Positions 26,035 to 38,368 of a stretch of 64,000 nt of DNA are shown in pieces. The position numbers and the translations under genes are program-made. The stretch covers positions 1 to 64,000 of the forward strand of contig NW_005434576.1 in NCBI RefSeq assembly GCF_000315625.1, written 5' to 3'. The notes below the pieces were generated by a model. That model was not told the DNA's origin and made no database searches. It was given only the letters and a program-made list of their open reading frames with translations. Each line of letters starts with the position of its first letter. Positions within the stretch are counted from its first letter, which is position 1. Source of the DNA: Guillardia theta CCMP2712 (taxonomy: Eukaryota > Protista > Cryptophyta).

Positions 26035-26497
26035 AGTTCAATAGGTTACGGAAGGGTCTTGATGGAATGAAAGCCGCTTACTGAGTGCCCTACGTGACTG
26101 ATTTTTAACTTAACTTTGAGTAAACGCCCTACGGGCTGCCGGCAGTCGGGCTGGCCGGACCGGCGTGGCTTCACGCAGCGGCCACCCGGGCCGGGCCGGG
26201 CCGGGCCCCGACAGTCGGACTCGATCGGACTCGGTCTTACAGATAGAAATTGACCTCGTCCCCGCTCAGGACCAAACTCCTCAGCACGATGCAGAGCACG
26301 ATGCAGAGCACGATGCAAGAAGCATGGCTGGTGGGTAGGAGAGGCCCAGGGGAGGTGGAGGGAGAAGCGAGCTGAGGAAGAAGACGGAGAAGATCAGAAG
26401 GAGAGACAAAGAAAGATCTTGAGGAAGAAGATTGAGGCAAATGTGCTCTATCTTCGCCTGGACTTGTTAGCTTGACAACCAGTTTCAAGCAGAAAAC

Positions 26498-28060
26498 ATG
26501 TCCGCTGTGAGGGATTTCGTAGAGGTTGGCTCGTTGCTGGGCATGGGGGTTGGGATCGGTCTTTTGTGCTCAAAGATTGGAGGGGCTGTGATGGACTTCA
26601 TCGGGATAGCTTCAACCTGGATGCTCTTCTTCGCCGCTGGCTGGCTGTTCCTTGCCCGAAAGATCATGAAGGACCATGAATCCAGGGCGTTCCTGGTGCA
26701 GACACTCTTTTCAGCCACCTTCATGGTCTCGTGCTCCATGTTCAGCCTCGTGCTCTTCGAGGTTCTAGACGTCCTCTCTCATGATGCCCGATGGTGGGCA
26801 TGGAAGTTCGACCTCATAACCGTCACCGTAGTCCTCATCTTCCTGCTCCCCTACTCCTTCTTCTACCTCGTCTTCCGCAACATGGAGTGGCCATGGCAGC
26901 AGAGCGTGTATCTCGCTTGCGCGCTGCTGGCCATGTATCTCTGGGTCTTCTACACCATAACCAACAGCCTCCCCATCGTGGGTCAATCAGGTTCCTTCGT
27001 GGTGATGGGGATCTCGAGGCTGGGGGTGCTAGGGGTTACTGCCATGGCGATCACGTCGGGGTTCGGTGCGGTCAACAATCCTCGCAACAGCCTCACCTAC
27101 TTCCTGACGCCAGTGAGCGAGCAAGACCTGCAGATCCTTGAGAAGAGGCTGATGAAGACGATGGAGATGATATGCTCTAAGAAGAAGCTCATTCTCATGA
27201 CCAGGAACGAGCTCCAGAAGAAAGGGCAGGGCGTCAAGGCCGGAGGTGGAGGATGGAAGGACAAAGTCGGTGGTTTCTTGCAGAGCGTCACTGGAGCAAG
27301 TGACGACAAGTCCTCTAGGCAGAACCTGCAGATTCTCAAGCAGGAGGTGCAAGGGATGGAAGAACTGAGCTCGCAGCTCTTCGAGGAGCTGCACGACATG
27401 AGGCTGGCCAAGGACAAGTTCCTCTCCAAGACGATTGCAGGCATGCTGCTCAACTACATGGGATACATATTCTCAGCCTACTGCGTGTACAAGATGATGA
27501 TGGCCAGTATCAACATCATCTTCAACCGAGTCTCCCAGGTCGACCCTGTGACTCGTGCCCTCTCCATCGCTTTCCTGGCTGTGCAAGGCATACAAGACAT
27601 GGACGTCGAGCCCGTCGTCCAGAGCATCAGCTTTGTCCTCGTCGGAGTCCTGATCGCTACTTCCATTCGAAGCTTCCTTCAGATCTGGCTCAAGATTTTC
27701 CACCTGCAGAATGCTACATACAGCATTCATTATTCCAACATGCTCATCCTGTTCATGGCATGGATGATGGGCATGTATTTCGTGTCTTCCGTATTGTTGA
27801 TGCGGATGAATTTGCCTCTGATGTATCGCAAGGCAATCACAGACGTTCTCGGAGACATCCAATTCAAGTTCTACCATCAGTGGTTCGACTTTATTTTCAT
27901 CCTGGTAGACATTGCTCTGCATTTTCTGCAATAACGTTTCTCTTTACAGAGTGCTCTCTTCTTCCTCGCTGTCTTCTACTTCATCGACAACTCGAAGAGT
28001 TCGAGAGCTCCGTCGACGACCGAACAAGTCTCTCATATGCAACAGTTCCATATCCACTGA
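26498..28060 (+). CDS. GPR89: GPR89/GTG (Golgi pH regulator, GPCR-type G protein) homolog
   Basis: Motifs SRLGVLGVTAMAITSGFGAVNNP, MGMYFVSSVLLMRMNLP and FYHQWFDFIFIL. Intron 27905-27949, then last exon to TGA at 28060. Confidence 0.93.
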
Positions 28061-28218
28061 ACCCTTTGATAATCCTTGCATGGTCTTTAGAGAAAGCTGA
28101 AAAGTCGTTCCCAAAACCATTCCGGATAAGCAATGACGTGGTGAACGTTCACTCCTGGTTGCCGAGGGAGGAAGGAGGTGGCGTACCCCCCAGAGCCCGA
28201 TCTTCTCTTGTTCGAGCT

Positions 28219-29238
28219 TCAGACGCGAACCAGCGGGAACAACTTGAAGAGGATGAACATGATGATCGAAGATCCTAGAGGGATAGCCAGGTTGTCGTCC
28301 AAGTCGATTGGTCCTCCTTTCCCGTCCACGATTCTTCCGCAGAGAGTCTCTGGGATCGCAGCTGCACAAGACACCGAACGTCAGAGAGCAGGAATGAAGA
28401 GAGCATGCGGATATTCATCTCTCAACAAGACATGGGGAGCGTTACCTGCGATTCCTCCTATGAGAGACGCACCGAGCAACGAGAGGGAAGGGCTGAGGCT
28501 TCGAAGGAAGTAGAGGAAGGTAATGAAGGAGCAGGCGACAAGACCCCCTAGACTTCCGATGAGGGACTTGCCGTTTGAAAACCGAGGACCCAAAGCGCCC
28601 CAGGTCATGCCGCATAGAGAAGCAAAGGGGTCACCAAACGCGAGGAACAGTATGCTGAGTACTGCGATCGGTTTCGGGAAGAACAAGACACAGGCAAGCA
28701 CCCCTGCAAGGTAAAAAACGATACCACTCCTTCTCTCAATTTCATAGCTCCTTGCCAGCCTTGCAAATAGGCGGAAGAAGAGGATGCTCAAGGGGTGCTT
28801 GGGATAGTTTATCCGGAAGGTCTCGGCAACAAAGAACACCAGGAAGCCTGGTGTAAGCAAAAGGAGTGCTACCTCCCTGGATAGCCAGAACTCGTACAAC
28901 GATGCCATGATGACCCCTGAGGTGCTGTGGAAAATCTTCCGGGACAAGTGCATGTTCTTTTTCGTCTTGAGAGTCTTGGTCTTGAGGCTGTACATGCTTA
29001 AGTACGTTTCGTTCAACTGTCCCAAGTTGTCCAGTTCGGGCGTCGGATCCTCACCAAGAGAACAAACCATGGGACGGCGAGGGCTACATACTCGGAACAC
29101 TGGTGTGAGAGGCCGAGATGCAGCGAGGGAAGCCGGTCGTGACCGTGAAAGAGGAAGCACCTGGGGTTGGAAAGAGCCGTTCGGGCGAACTTGACTCAAG
29201 ACCATCCCTACAAACAGGACGAGCTTTCGATTCATCAT
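28219..29238 (-). CDS. CTP-dependent lipid kinase (DGK1/phytol/dolichol kinase family), probable plastid-targeting presequence
   Basis: Motifs RKIFH, GDPFASLCG, KSLIGS and DDNLAIP (last exon). N-terminal hydrophobic signal followed by S|FQP and an S/R-rich tract. Confidence 0.85.
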
Positions 29239-29705
29239 GGCTGAGACAACGAGGCAGCACTGCAAGGTAGATGGACGGAGGACAGAGGACGAGGTTCAGT
29301 GCAGATCCTGTCAACGAGCCGATACTGGTGCCAGCAGGAGAAGCTCCAAGGGGGAAGGAGGAGGATCTGCTTTACGACTCCCGGCCGCAGAACAGTTACG
29401 ACTGTAACTGTCAGACTCGGCCCGGGGCCCGGGCCGCAGCCTCCTCTGAGTGCCTACCGTCGTGGCCCCCGGGACTCAGGCTTCGACTGAAATGGTGATC
29501 TGAGGCGGAATGGGCTGCACAGGCCGTACTGAGACAGATAAGTAATAAATCCTCGTAATAAAAGTACTACTACTGTAGGGCCCGATCGGATATCAACTGA
29601 GTTGCGACGCGAAGTCAACGATGAGGATGATGGCGGATCATAGAGAAACATGATGTCATGGACTGATGACAGTGAAGAACCGTGACTGAGACTCGAAGGA
29701 TGGAA

Positions 29706-29736
29706 CGATGATGATGATGATGATGATGATGATGAC

Positions 29737-29832
<96 letters not shown>
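29706..29832. repeat. (GAT)n microsatellite
   Basis: About 42 GAT units seen directly. Confidence 0.95.
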
Positions 29833-29970
29833 ATGAGATCAGGCAATAGCAATCTAAACAGCTTTGTGTTCAAAGATACGATCCAGTAATCCGACAGACT
29901 CGGGCGGAAGGAGGGACCCATTCTAAATCTTCTTGAAACGTAGGAGAACAAGCGTGCTGCGACAGGAGCC

Positions 29971-31380
29971 ATGATGCCCGTCAGGTATCAAGACGTTATG
30001 TCCAGACTCGCGAGGGAGCGAGAGGAGAGAAGGAGTATCAGGTGGAAGAAGCTTTCATGGCGCATGCTTTCATTGAGCCATGTTTCTATGTTTCTCGCAG
30101 GGAGAGGATGGAGAGGCTAGCAAGGGATGACGACTGGGTTGGCGGCAAGGAGTGGGTGGCAGTCACCGAGAGCAAGGTGATGCGTGCTCTGAGGCTGATG
30201 TCAAGGCTGACCGCGAACTTGTAGAAGGAGAGCAGTCCGCGGGAGGCTGCCAGAAGAGATGTGAAGAGTGCAGGTGACGCATCAGAGAACATGTTGTTGG
30301 AGGGCAACGTCGTTGAAGATGAAATGACAGAGGAAAGGGAGTTGATCCCCATCATAGAGACTCTGAGTGAGATTGAGAGGGGATGAGATAGGTGGTGCTG
30401 ACCTGGTCTGTGCCAGGAGTGAAGCCTGAAATCCCCGACGGGATCTGTCCTCCAGAGTACTACACTAGCAACCCTGCCAGAGCGAAGAAGCAGTCGAGTA
30501 TCGTCGTGGAGATTCTTCCGTTCTTGTTCATGTATGTTTCCTGTTAATCATACTCTGTCACTGCGGCGAATGTGATCGGCTGAGGTTTCAGCGGAGACCT
30601 TTCGATCGCAAGGGATGTCAACGTTCTAACTGGGTTGGGCATTGACTGTATTCTGAATTGCTGCAGTGAGAACTTTGAGGTACCTTGACAACTCTCTCGG
30701 CTCGTCTCTCCTTCCTCAGCTCCTTGCCAGCAGCTCGGATCACATGGACTGCGAAGGTGCAGGCAGTGTCCGTTGGACGACCCCGATACTAGTCTATCGC
30801 TCCAGAGAGAAAAGGTATGGACAACCTTTCCACACCATCTCTGCTTTGTCTGATCGTCTTGCAGGCCATGGACAGCATATCCCATGCTAGAAAGGTGACC
30901 CTGCAAGGCCCTCACCATGAGGCGCTCACTGACAAGAGCAGAGTGGGGAGAAGGTGCTGCTTGTCTGCAAGGAGACAACAGGAAGCCTACACGTTGCGAT
31001 CTGCATCATGTGAACGACTGATGTCTTGATCATGTCAAGAAGATGATTCTCCCTGGCAGGTACCTCTTGTGGGAGTGCAGACTCTCTCTCCATCAAGCCA
31101 TCGCCCTCGTGCAGTTCACCGTCGACAGCATTCGAATCCCACGGAGACTTTGTGTATGCAGTGACCATGCTTGGGCTACAATGATGTGGCTCGCAGAGCT
31201 ACCTGATCCACTATGAAGCGGTCTTACATGGACGAAACTCCATGATGTTGCAAGACGGATACATCGTCGAGGTAAGGAAGTGAGAGAGGGTTGGAGGGAG
31301 GGAGGAGAGGGAGGGAGAAGAAATTGACCTCAAGTCAACAGAAGTTTGAAACGGGTGCCGTGGAGTTTGAAGTACTTTGA
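29971..31380 (+). CDS. hypothetical multi-exon protein
   Basis: Many short GT-AG-bounded coding-like segments. Final exon ...FETGAVEFEVL*. No family recognised. Confidence 0.4.
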
Positions 31381-31413
31381 TAAACGTCCATCTCTCTCGG
31401 CATGTCTCTCCTC

Positions 31414-32847
31414 CTACTTGAGCTTCACCTTAGTGATCCCTTCTGTCGCATTTCTCGCTTGTGTGAGCTCCTTATCAGTCCTTGCAAGCTCTCGTGCTCT
31501 GTAGTACATCTTGGGGTGCTGCAAGACCCATCAGGAGTCAGTCGCAACGAGGACGAGAGCGTGAGACGCACCTTACGAACAAGGAACAAGATGTCGTCTA
31601 TGGCCTGCAAGACCGTCAGCTGCAACCACCAGTGATCATCTGAGACGAACAAGCTTCTTGCCCCGAGCGACGGAGTTTGCAACAGCGCTCTTTGTCTGAA
31701 AACCGGCTCAATCCTGAACAACGAACAGCAGCAGCACAAACCATCCTGACGACGAAGTCATGAACGATATCGTCCATAAGATCGACGGTCTCAGGCAGCG
31801 GCGCCTTATGATCTCCAAAGCCGTACATCATCTTGCGAACTGCAACATCACATCACCAACGACCAGCCAGCAGGCGAAACTCACGGTCGGGGACGAAGAG
31901 TCTCTTTCGTTTGATTTCGTTTTCTTTCACAAACGGCAATGGTGGCGCTTGATGAATCTGCTTTGGATCAGGTCTTGTCAAAGTGCAGTGCAGCAGAAAC
32001 ACCTGTTCTTCCGCCGGGATCGGCAGAGCTTTCAGCATCTGTTGCTGCTTCTGTTGCTGCGCTTGTTGCATCTGCTGCTGCAGCACTTGTCGATCATTCA
32101 TGGTCGAGGAAGCAGGAGTCCCTCCTTGACCAGGAACATGTCCTGCGTGAGAACATCACGTCCTCTTTCATCTTCACTCACTTACTCACTTGTGGTTACA
32201 CTGGACTGAACTGCACTTGGCTGGCCTGTTCCATGTTGCAAAGAAGCGTTCTGAACACCTTGGTGTGACATGTTTGCAGGTTTTGATTGTAAATATTGAG
32301 ATTGTCCTTGCGACATGCCTGGTTGGCTGATCCGCTGCCCTTGTTGTACCGCTCCCATCCCAGCCCCTTGCTGTACCGCTCCCATCCCAGCCCCTTGCTG
32401 TACCTGATGCATTCCCCCAGGTTGCTGTATCCTCCCTGGTTGAACATTCTGTTGCATCCCTCCTCCTCCCTGCATACCTCCTTGCATTCCACCTGCTCCT
32501 CCCTGCATACCTCCTTGCATTCCACCTGCTCCTCCCTGCATACCTCCTTGCATTCCACCTGCTCCTCCCTGCATACCTCCTTGCATTCCACCTGCTCCTC
32601 CCTGCATACCTCCTTGCATTCCACCTGCTCCTCCCTGCATACCTCCTCCCTGCATACCTCCTCCTCCTCCCTGCATACCTCCTCCCTGCATACCTCCTCC
32701 TCCTCCTCCCTGCATACCTCCTCCCTGCATACCTCCTGCTCCTCCCTGCATACCTCCTGCTCCTCCCTGCATACCTCCTCCCTGCATACCTCCTCCTCCT
32801 CCTCCTCCTCCTCCCTGCATTCCCCCCTGTTGCCCTCCTTGCTGCAT
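31414..32847 (-). CDS. TAF13: TFIID subunit TAF13 with long N-terminal Gly/Gln/Met repeat region
   Basis: Histone-fold motifs KRKRLF, MMYGFGD...ETVDLMDDIVHDFV, DDILFLVRK and PKMYYRARELARTDKEL. N-terminal (GGMQGGA)n. Confidence 0.85.
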
Positions 32848-33232
32848 TGCGAGCTGAGCGGCTGTAGGATTTGAATCAAACCAAATCAGTCGATCTAAAT
32901 CGATTCCAACTGAGAAAATGCTTATGGCGGGAACATGCCTGACAGACGCTGCTGCTAGCGGCAGCGATCGTTGAGGACAGGTGTCGGCCTTTTCTCCGCA
33001 GCCTGTCTCCCCTCCCCTCACCTCCTTCACAGCATAACCCCCTCTTCTCTTCTCCCCTCCCCTCCCTCATAGTATAACCCCTCCTCTCCTCTCCTCCCTC
33101 CCTCACAGCATACCCCCCGCTTCTCTCCTGCCACTTCCCTCTCTCACAGCATACCCCCCGCTTCTCTCCTGCCACTTCCCTCTTTAACTCTGAACAGCCT
33201 GCTGCCCAGAGGCCCAGGCTCAACTTCAAGCC

Positions 33233-34721
33233 ATGATGAGCGGGAGGAAGAGAATCGACGTACCCAAGAGGCTGGAGAAGTACTCGGTCCCTACTGTACA
33301 GTCCTTCGTACCCAAGTCGACCATCTCGTCTGCAAGAGAAAGAGCAGAGCTGTTGAAGATGGGCAAGAGAGACGCAGTGCAAGAGACTAAGAATGAGCCG
33401 GAGGTGGATGAGCCAAAACTTGATATCTTTGGGCTGAGGAGGACAAGCAACTTTGAAGACGAGGAGGATGATCAGGAGGAAGTGGGCGGAAATGCTCACT
33501 CGTTCTGGATGCCGGATGCTAGCGTGCCGGCAGAGAAGCCGCAAAGCAGTGGAACTATGACGACAGGAGAGGGGAGAAGGGAGGAGAAGAACAAGCCTCG
33601 TGAGATCTTCGACGGCTACCATATATGGCATGAATGGATGTCAAGGACGGCAAACAAGCCTTTCTGGCACTGCAAAGAGACAGGAGAGACACGATGGGAG
33701 CCACCGAAACGACAGGCGGTGCAGGACCAGGACAGAGCTCCGACGACGAACCCAGGGAAGGAAGCAGGGGAGGGAGCGTCTGCGAACCTGTTGGACGGAG
33801 AGCTGGATGAAGAGGCGAACAGGAGAGCTTTCTTGCAGGCCCTCTACGCCTGGCGCAATGGTGAAGACGTTGCAGAGGAGGCGGGGGGAGGGGGGCAAGA
33901 AAAACTCGCAACCCCAGCAGTTGCTCCTCGAACGACAGCAGAGAAAGTCAGGCTGGCCTCCTCCCCCCCTGCCGCTGATTCCACCACACCCAAGCCGCTG
34001 CCCAGCCGTCCTGTGCCGCTGACTGCAAGTCTGCATGCTGCAGCTTCCAAGGGACAGGTGGAGATGCTTCGAGACATTCTGAGTCATGCTGGTGCGCGTG
34101 CTCAGATGTGCGTCAAGATCTAATTTCTGCGGCAGATGCGGAGGAGAGGGACAGGTTCGGCTCTACTGCTCTTCACTACGCGGCGGGAGGAGGACACTTG
34201 GACGCTGTGAAGCTGCTGCTGGGCAGAGGGGCGAAGATAAACTCTCAGAACCATGACGGAGATAGCCCGCTGCACCTCGCAGCGAAGGTGAGCAGGAGGA
34301 GAGACGCTTGTCCTCCTCATCGCCGTTTGTGCAGGGCTCGAGCTTCAACGTGCTGGTAGAGCTGCTGGAATATGGAGCTGACATGAGCCTGAAGAACAAG
34401 CGAGGCAACGACGCAGCAACGATTGCGAGGATGTTTGGGAGAAGGGACTTTGATACCCTGCTGAGTGCTCGAGCAACGAGGTCAGGAGACTCTGGTGGAG
34501 GCGGGAGGAGGGGAGTCGAGAAAGGACAACAAGCACATGCTGACTCAGCAAGTCCTAGAACAGAGAAGGAAGCAGCAGAGGAAGGAGCTGCTGCAGATGA
34601 AGTTGATGAGGATGACCTAGCGAGTGCTCGGAGGCAGCTTGAAGCCCTCCGGATGAGAGCCAAGGAGGAGGTCGAGCACAGGTACAGCTCGAGGCCCTCG
34701 ACAGCAGCGAGCTCGACCTAG
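33233..34721 (+). CDS. WW-domain and ankyrin-repeat protein
   Basis: WW: WHEWMSRTANKPFWHCKETGETRWEPP. Ankyrins: GSTALHYAAGGGHLDAVKLLL, GDSPLHLAA and LHAAASKG. Confidence 0.85.
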
Positions 34722-34891
34722 AGCTGTACACAGAGATCCGACGATCCCTTGAGGGTCTAGTCGCGAAGTGTGAGTTCATTGTATCCGCCATCCAAAACTC
34801 CCCGTGCTTCCAACTTTGCACCAAGACAAAAATGTTGCGCCCCATGTGGTAAACCCGGTTGACTTGCGGTCAAAAATTGCTGGCGCCGACC

Positions 34892-36300
34892 TCAAGGCAG
34901 TGGGTTTGAAAAGAATTGCTGAGGAGCCTCGTAGTATCCGGGCCCCGGGGTACTGTGATTCGACGAATCGATGCTCTTGAGCTGCAGGCGACTCAGCTCC
35001 TGCACAGGGGAACAGGAGGACTGCAGACCTTGCCGTGTATGCTGTGCTTAGGGCTCGTGAAGACCCCTCTCCTCGTGCACCCGTAGTCGATGTTGTCTGC
35101 AGCAAAGCGTGCAAATCAGCGTCTTGTGAAAGCAGCAGCATGCGAAATCTCACAAGCCCCTGGTCCTGGTGCGAACGTCCGGATTCTTTCCGGGCTCCTG
35201 CCATTCTTTCAACCTTGAAGCTCCCTATCACTCTCCTCCATCACCTCGACTTCATCGAGTAGGCAACTGACTCGCCCAGCAGCCGAGCAGCTTTGGGTGT
35301 TGGCGAGTAAGCCCCAGGCCCAGGAGTGTTTGGCACATGCCCGTACGCTGAGCCCAAGCTGTGCCTGATGCCGAAGGAATAGGAAGGAGCTGGGGGCCCG
35401 TGAGTCAGCAGCTCAGGAGCCTGAGATTGTCGTCACCTCCTCGCTTTCCTCCATTTGTGCTGACAGTCTTCCCGCTGTTCGACACCAACGACTGCATCTT
35501 GTCGCTCAGCGGAAGAGAAGCACGAGGAGGGCATGACCGTCACCAAGTCGACGTTGTAGGCTGCTGGCCCAGGGCTTCGTGGCTTGTCGCCTGAGTAGGA
35601 GAGACGCTGACCGAAGCCTACAGCTCGTGCCTTGTGCGAAGGGTTCCAGGGAGTGTATGCTCCAGGTCCGGGGATGTATCCCTTACAATTAGTCAGGAAG
35701 CTCTCCCTCTCCCTCTCCCTCTCCCTCTCCCTCTCCCTCTCCCTCTCCCAACTGACTAGAAGAGCTTCATCTCGTCCTCTCTAACCTTGTGGTTGGACGT
35801 TTCATGCCTGGGGCTGAGCGTGTACCGAGGAGCAGAAGGCTTGTCTGCACTGTTGGGACTGTACGCGCCGGGCCCGGGGGTGTCGGGGATTCTCAACTCG
35901 TTCAGTTTTGCTCCGATCGTCTTGCCGACCGACGAAGACCAATGGGAGTACGATCCAACCTGCTCGTGGAGGATGAGAAACATGCGAGGAGGAAACAAGG
36001 CCAGAGCAGTGGTGGCGGATTGATCACCTTTGGAGCTTGTAGGAAGCAAACGATGGAATCATCGCGGAAACTGCTCCGAGTCGACCTCAGTGTAGTGGAC
36101 CCTGAAGAGATCAGGTCAGAGCTGCATCGAGCGAGTGAGGGAGTAAAGAGGGAAAGGTAGGCATCAGCCGCAATTAGGAAGGCTGCTAGTGGAGATTGAA
36201 TCTCATCACCTGAAGTTCTTGGTCGTCTGTCGGTCTTCATCCCCTGCTTCCCCCAGTTCCGACCTCCTTCTGTCTAATCACCGCTATGAAGGCAATCATT
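34892..36300 (-). CDS. SHIPPO-repeat (ODF3-like) axonemal protein
   Basis: Repeated TPGPGAY/PGPGYY motifs (~35860-35885, ~35660-35680, ~35305-35330, ~34930-34950). Start uncertain. Confidence 0.8.
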
Positions 36301-36959
36301 AATAGCTTCAAGAGAAATCAGATATCAGCTGCTCGATATCCTCCGCAATTCCTCTGCCTCTGAGACAGACTTAGGGGATTTCTCGTATTCGTTTTCTATT
36401 CGCTATCAGGCTCCTGCATCCTGCATGGCAAAATCGGCCGTTCCGCATTCCTCTTCTCAATTCATGATTAAGGATACTTGCAACATCAACCTCCCCTCCT
36501 TCTCTTTCCCCGCCCCTCCTCTCAAGGCCGCTGGACTACTCGGACCCGCTCCTCTTCTCAGACCGCGTCCTACGAGCATCGTGAGACATTGACAAAGGGA
36601 CGAGGAGGTCTGAGAGGGGGGTGGGTCATTCACCTGCTATGTGCAGGAGGGGTGGATCAAAGTCTCAAGGTAGGGTAGGGGTGAAATCCGGGGTAGGGGT
36701 GGCTGGATTTGACCCTTGTTAACATTGGGGCAACAAGGGGGTGGAAAGTTGACAGGTGCTCGAGGTAGAAGAGGAGGGGTAGTCACAAGACGACTAAGGG
36801 GGGGTACCGTACTGTAGACGAGGAATGCCGCACTGCTATGATCAGCATTAACAGGGGTGGGGTATCGTCACACATGGTACTAAACATATTAGTCAAGTCT
36901 CTTTAGGGGGTGGGGGTCCTCTGTAACATCCTCGAAGATCGAGTCAAACTTTGATAGAT

Positions 36960-37680
36960 GTCAACCGTCGGACTCCCGACCGTTGATGAAAAAAAAAAGG
37001 AGGGGCGGGGGCCCGGGTTGACTCCCGGCGGCGCCGGCCCGCCGGTCGCGCCGGGGCTGAGTCGGGCCGGCGCGGCCCGGGGGCGGCTGGCCCCGCCGAT
37101 CAGATCGGACCCAAGCGGTCCGACGGTCCGACGGTCAATGCCTCTCTCTGAGCAGTGACGCCGATGTCCGGCGGTCCCGGCGGCCGGGCGCTACTTGAAC
37201 CCGGTATCTATTCGGGGGGCCCGCGGCGCGGCGCCGGCCGCCCCCGCGAACTTCCGGAAGGCTCAAAGACAGTCGGAGCCTCCGTCAACGGTGAAACCGT
37301 TTATGAACCGACGCTCGCCGAACTCACGGTGACTCTACTATGCGGGCACAACTTCCGAAGCCGCTTGAAGCGGCCTCGCAAAGCGGCGCGCGAAGCCTTG
37401 AAGTTTGCCCTCACTCACTGGCAGTGTCACAGTACGGTCACGGTCACGGTGACGGTGGAGGAGTCGCGGCACAGCCTGCCGCCGCAGTGCCCAGCACCGG
37501 GCCCCGGGCAGAGACTCAGCCTGCCGCAGTGCCGCTGCCAGGAGAGTCACCCCACGGCCCGGCGGGCCCTGGCACTCAGTGACTGGTCAGTGACGGACAG
37601 CGAACTCGGAACTTCAGTGCTAAAGTTCGCCCATGCCGCCGCAGTGGCGCCCCGGGCGTCCGGCTCGGAGTTGTAGGGGT
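36960..37680. promoter_or_regulatory. GC-rich island in a divergent intergenic region
   Basis: CCCGG, GACTC and TCACGGT words between head-to-head genes, flanked by GGGTA/GGGGT tracts. Confidence 0.5.
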
Positions 37681-38368
37681 CCCTCCGAGGGTCAGCGTTA
37701 CGGTAGGGAGACATTCCGGATGATACCCACTGGGGTGGGTGGTGACAGGTGACCTGGGGGTATCCTCCGACCGCGAGGGGGTGGGGGTGGCCGGGCTCGT
37801 GAATCGTCGCCGTTGCAAATGCGGCCCTAAGGGTGCAAGGAGGTGCAGGGAGGGGGTGGGGTGGGGATACAAGAGGTGTATTCCGATGTCGGCAAGGGGG
37901 TCAGGTTTTGTAAAGTGGAGGGGTGGGTAGGATGAAAATGAAGTCCGGGGTGGTCAACGGTGGGGTGGTACCGTCGTTGTGGGGAAATTTTGATGCGGTA
38001 CCAGGGGAGGAAGGCGAGGAGGAGGGAGGAGGCGGACGAAGGAGGGAGGCAAGAGGAAGGAAGGAAGATGAAGGTCGAGAGGAGGAGGGAGGAGAGAGAA
38101 CAAGGATGAGTCGCGGGGAAGGAAGGAATGGTGCAGAGAGAGAGAGGGACGAAAGGAAGGAGCGAGAGTGTGAGCTAGCGAAGTGAAACGATGGCTGAAA
38201 CTGCAAGATCAGCTGCAATGAGTTTCAAATTGCATCAAGGGCTGGAAAATTTAATGATATCGATGATGTACACATTCGAACACGTCATAACTGAGTTACA
38301 TGTGACATGGTTGAGCTTGAAACCAGTATCCGAGTCACTAATTGTACGAGCTTGCAGGACAGGTCACA

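Noticed and set aside
33020-33185. Short direct repeats (~41 bp; also ~59 bp at 18365-18500 and ~35 bp at 47000-47068) as element ends
   Set aside because: Simple local tandem duplications with no TIR, TSD or enclosed ORF.
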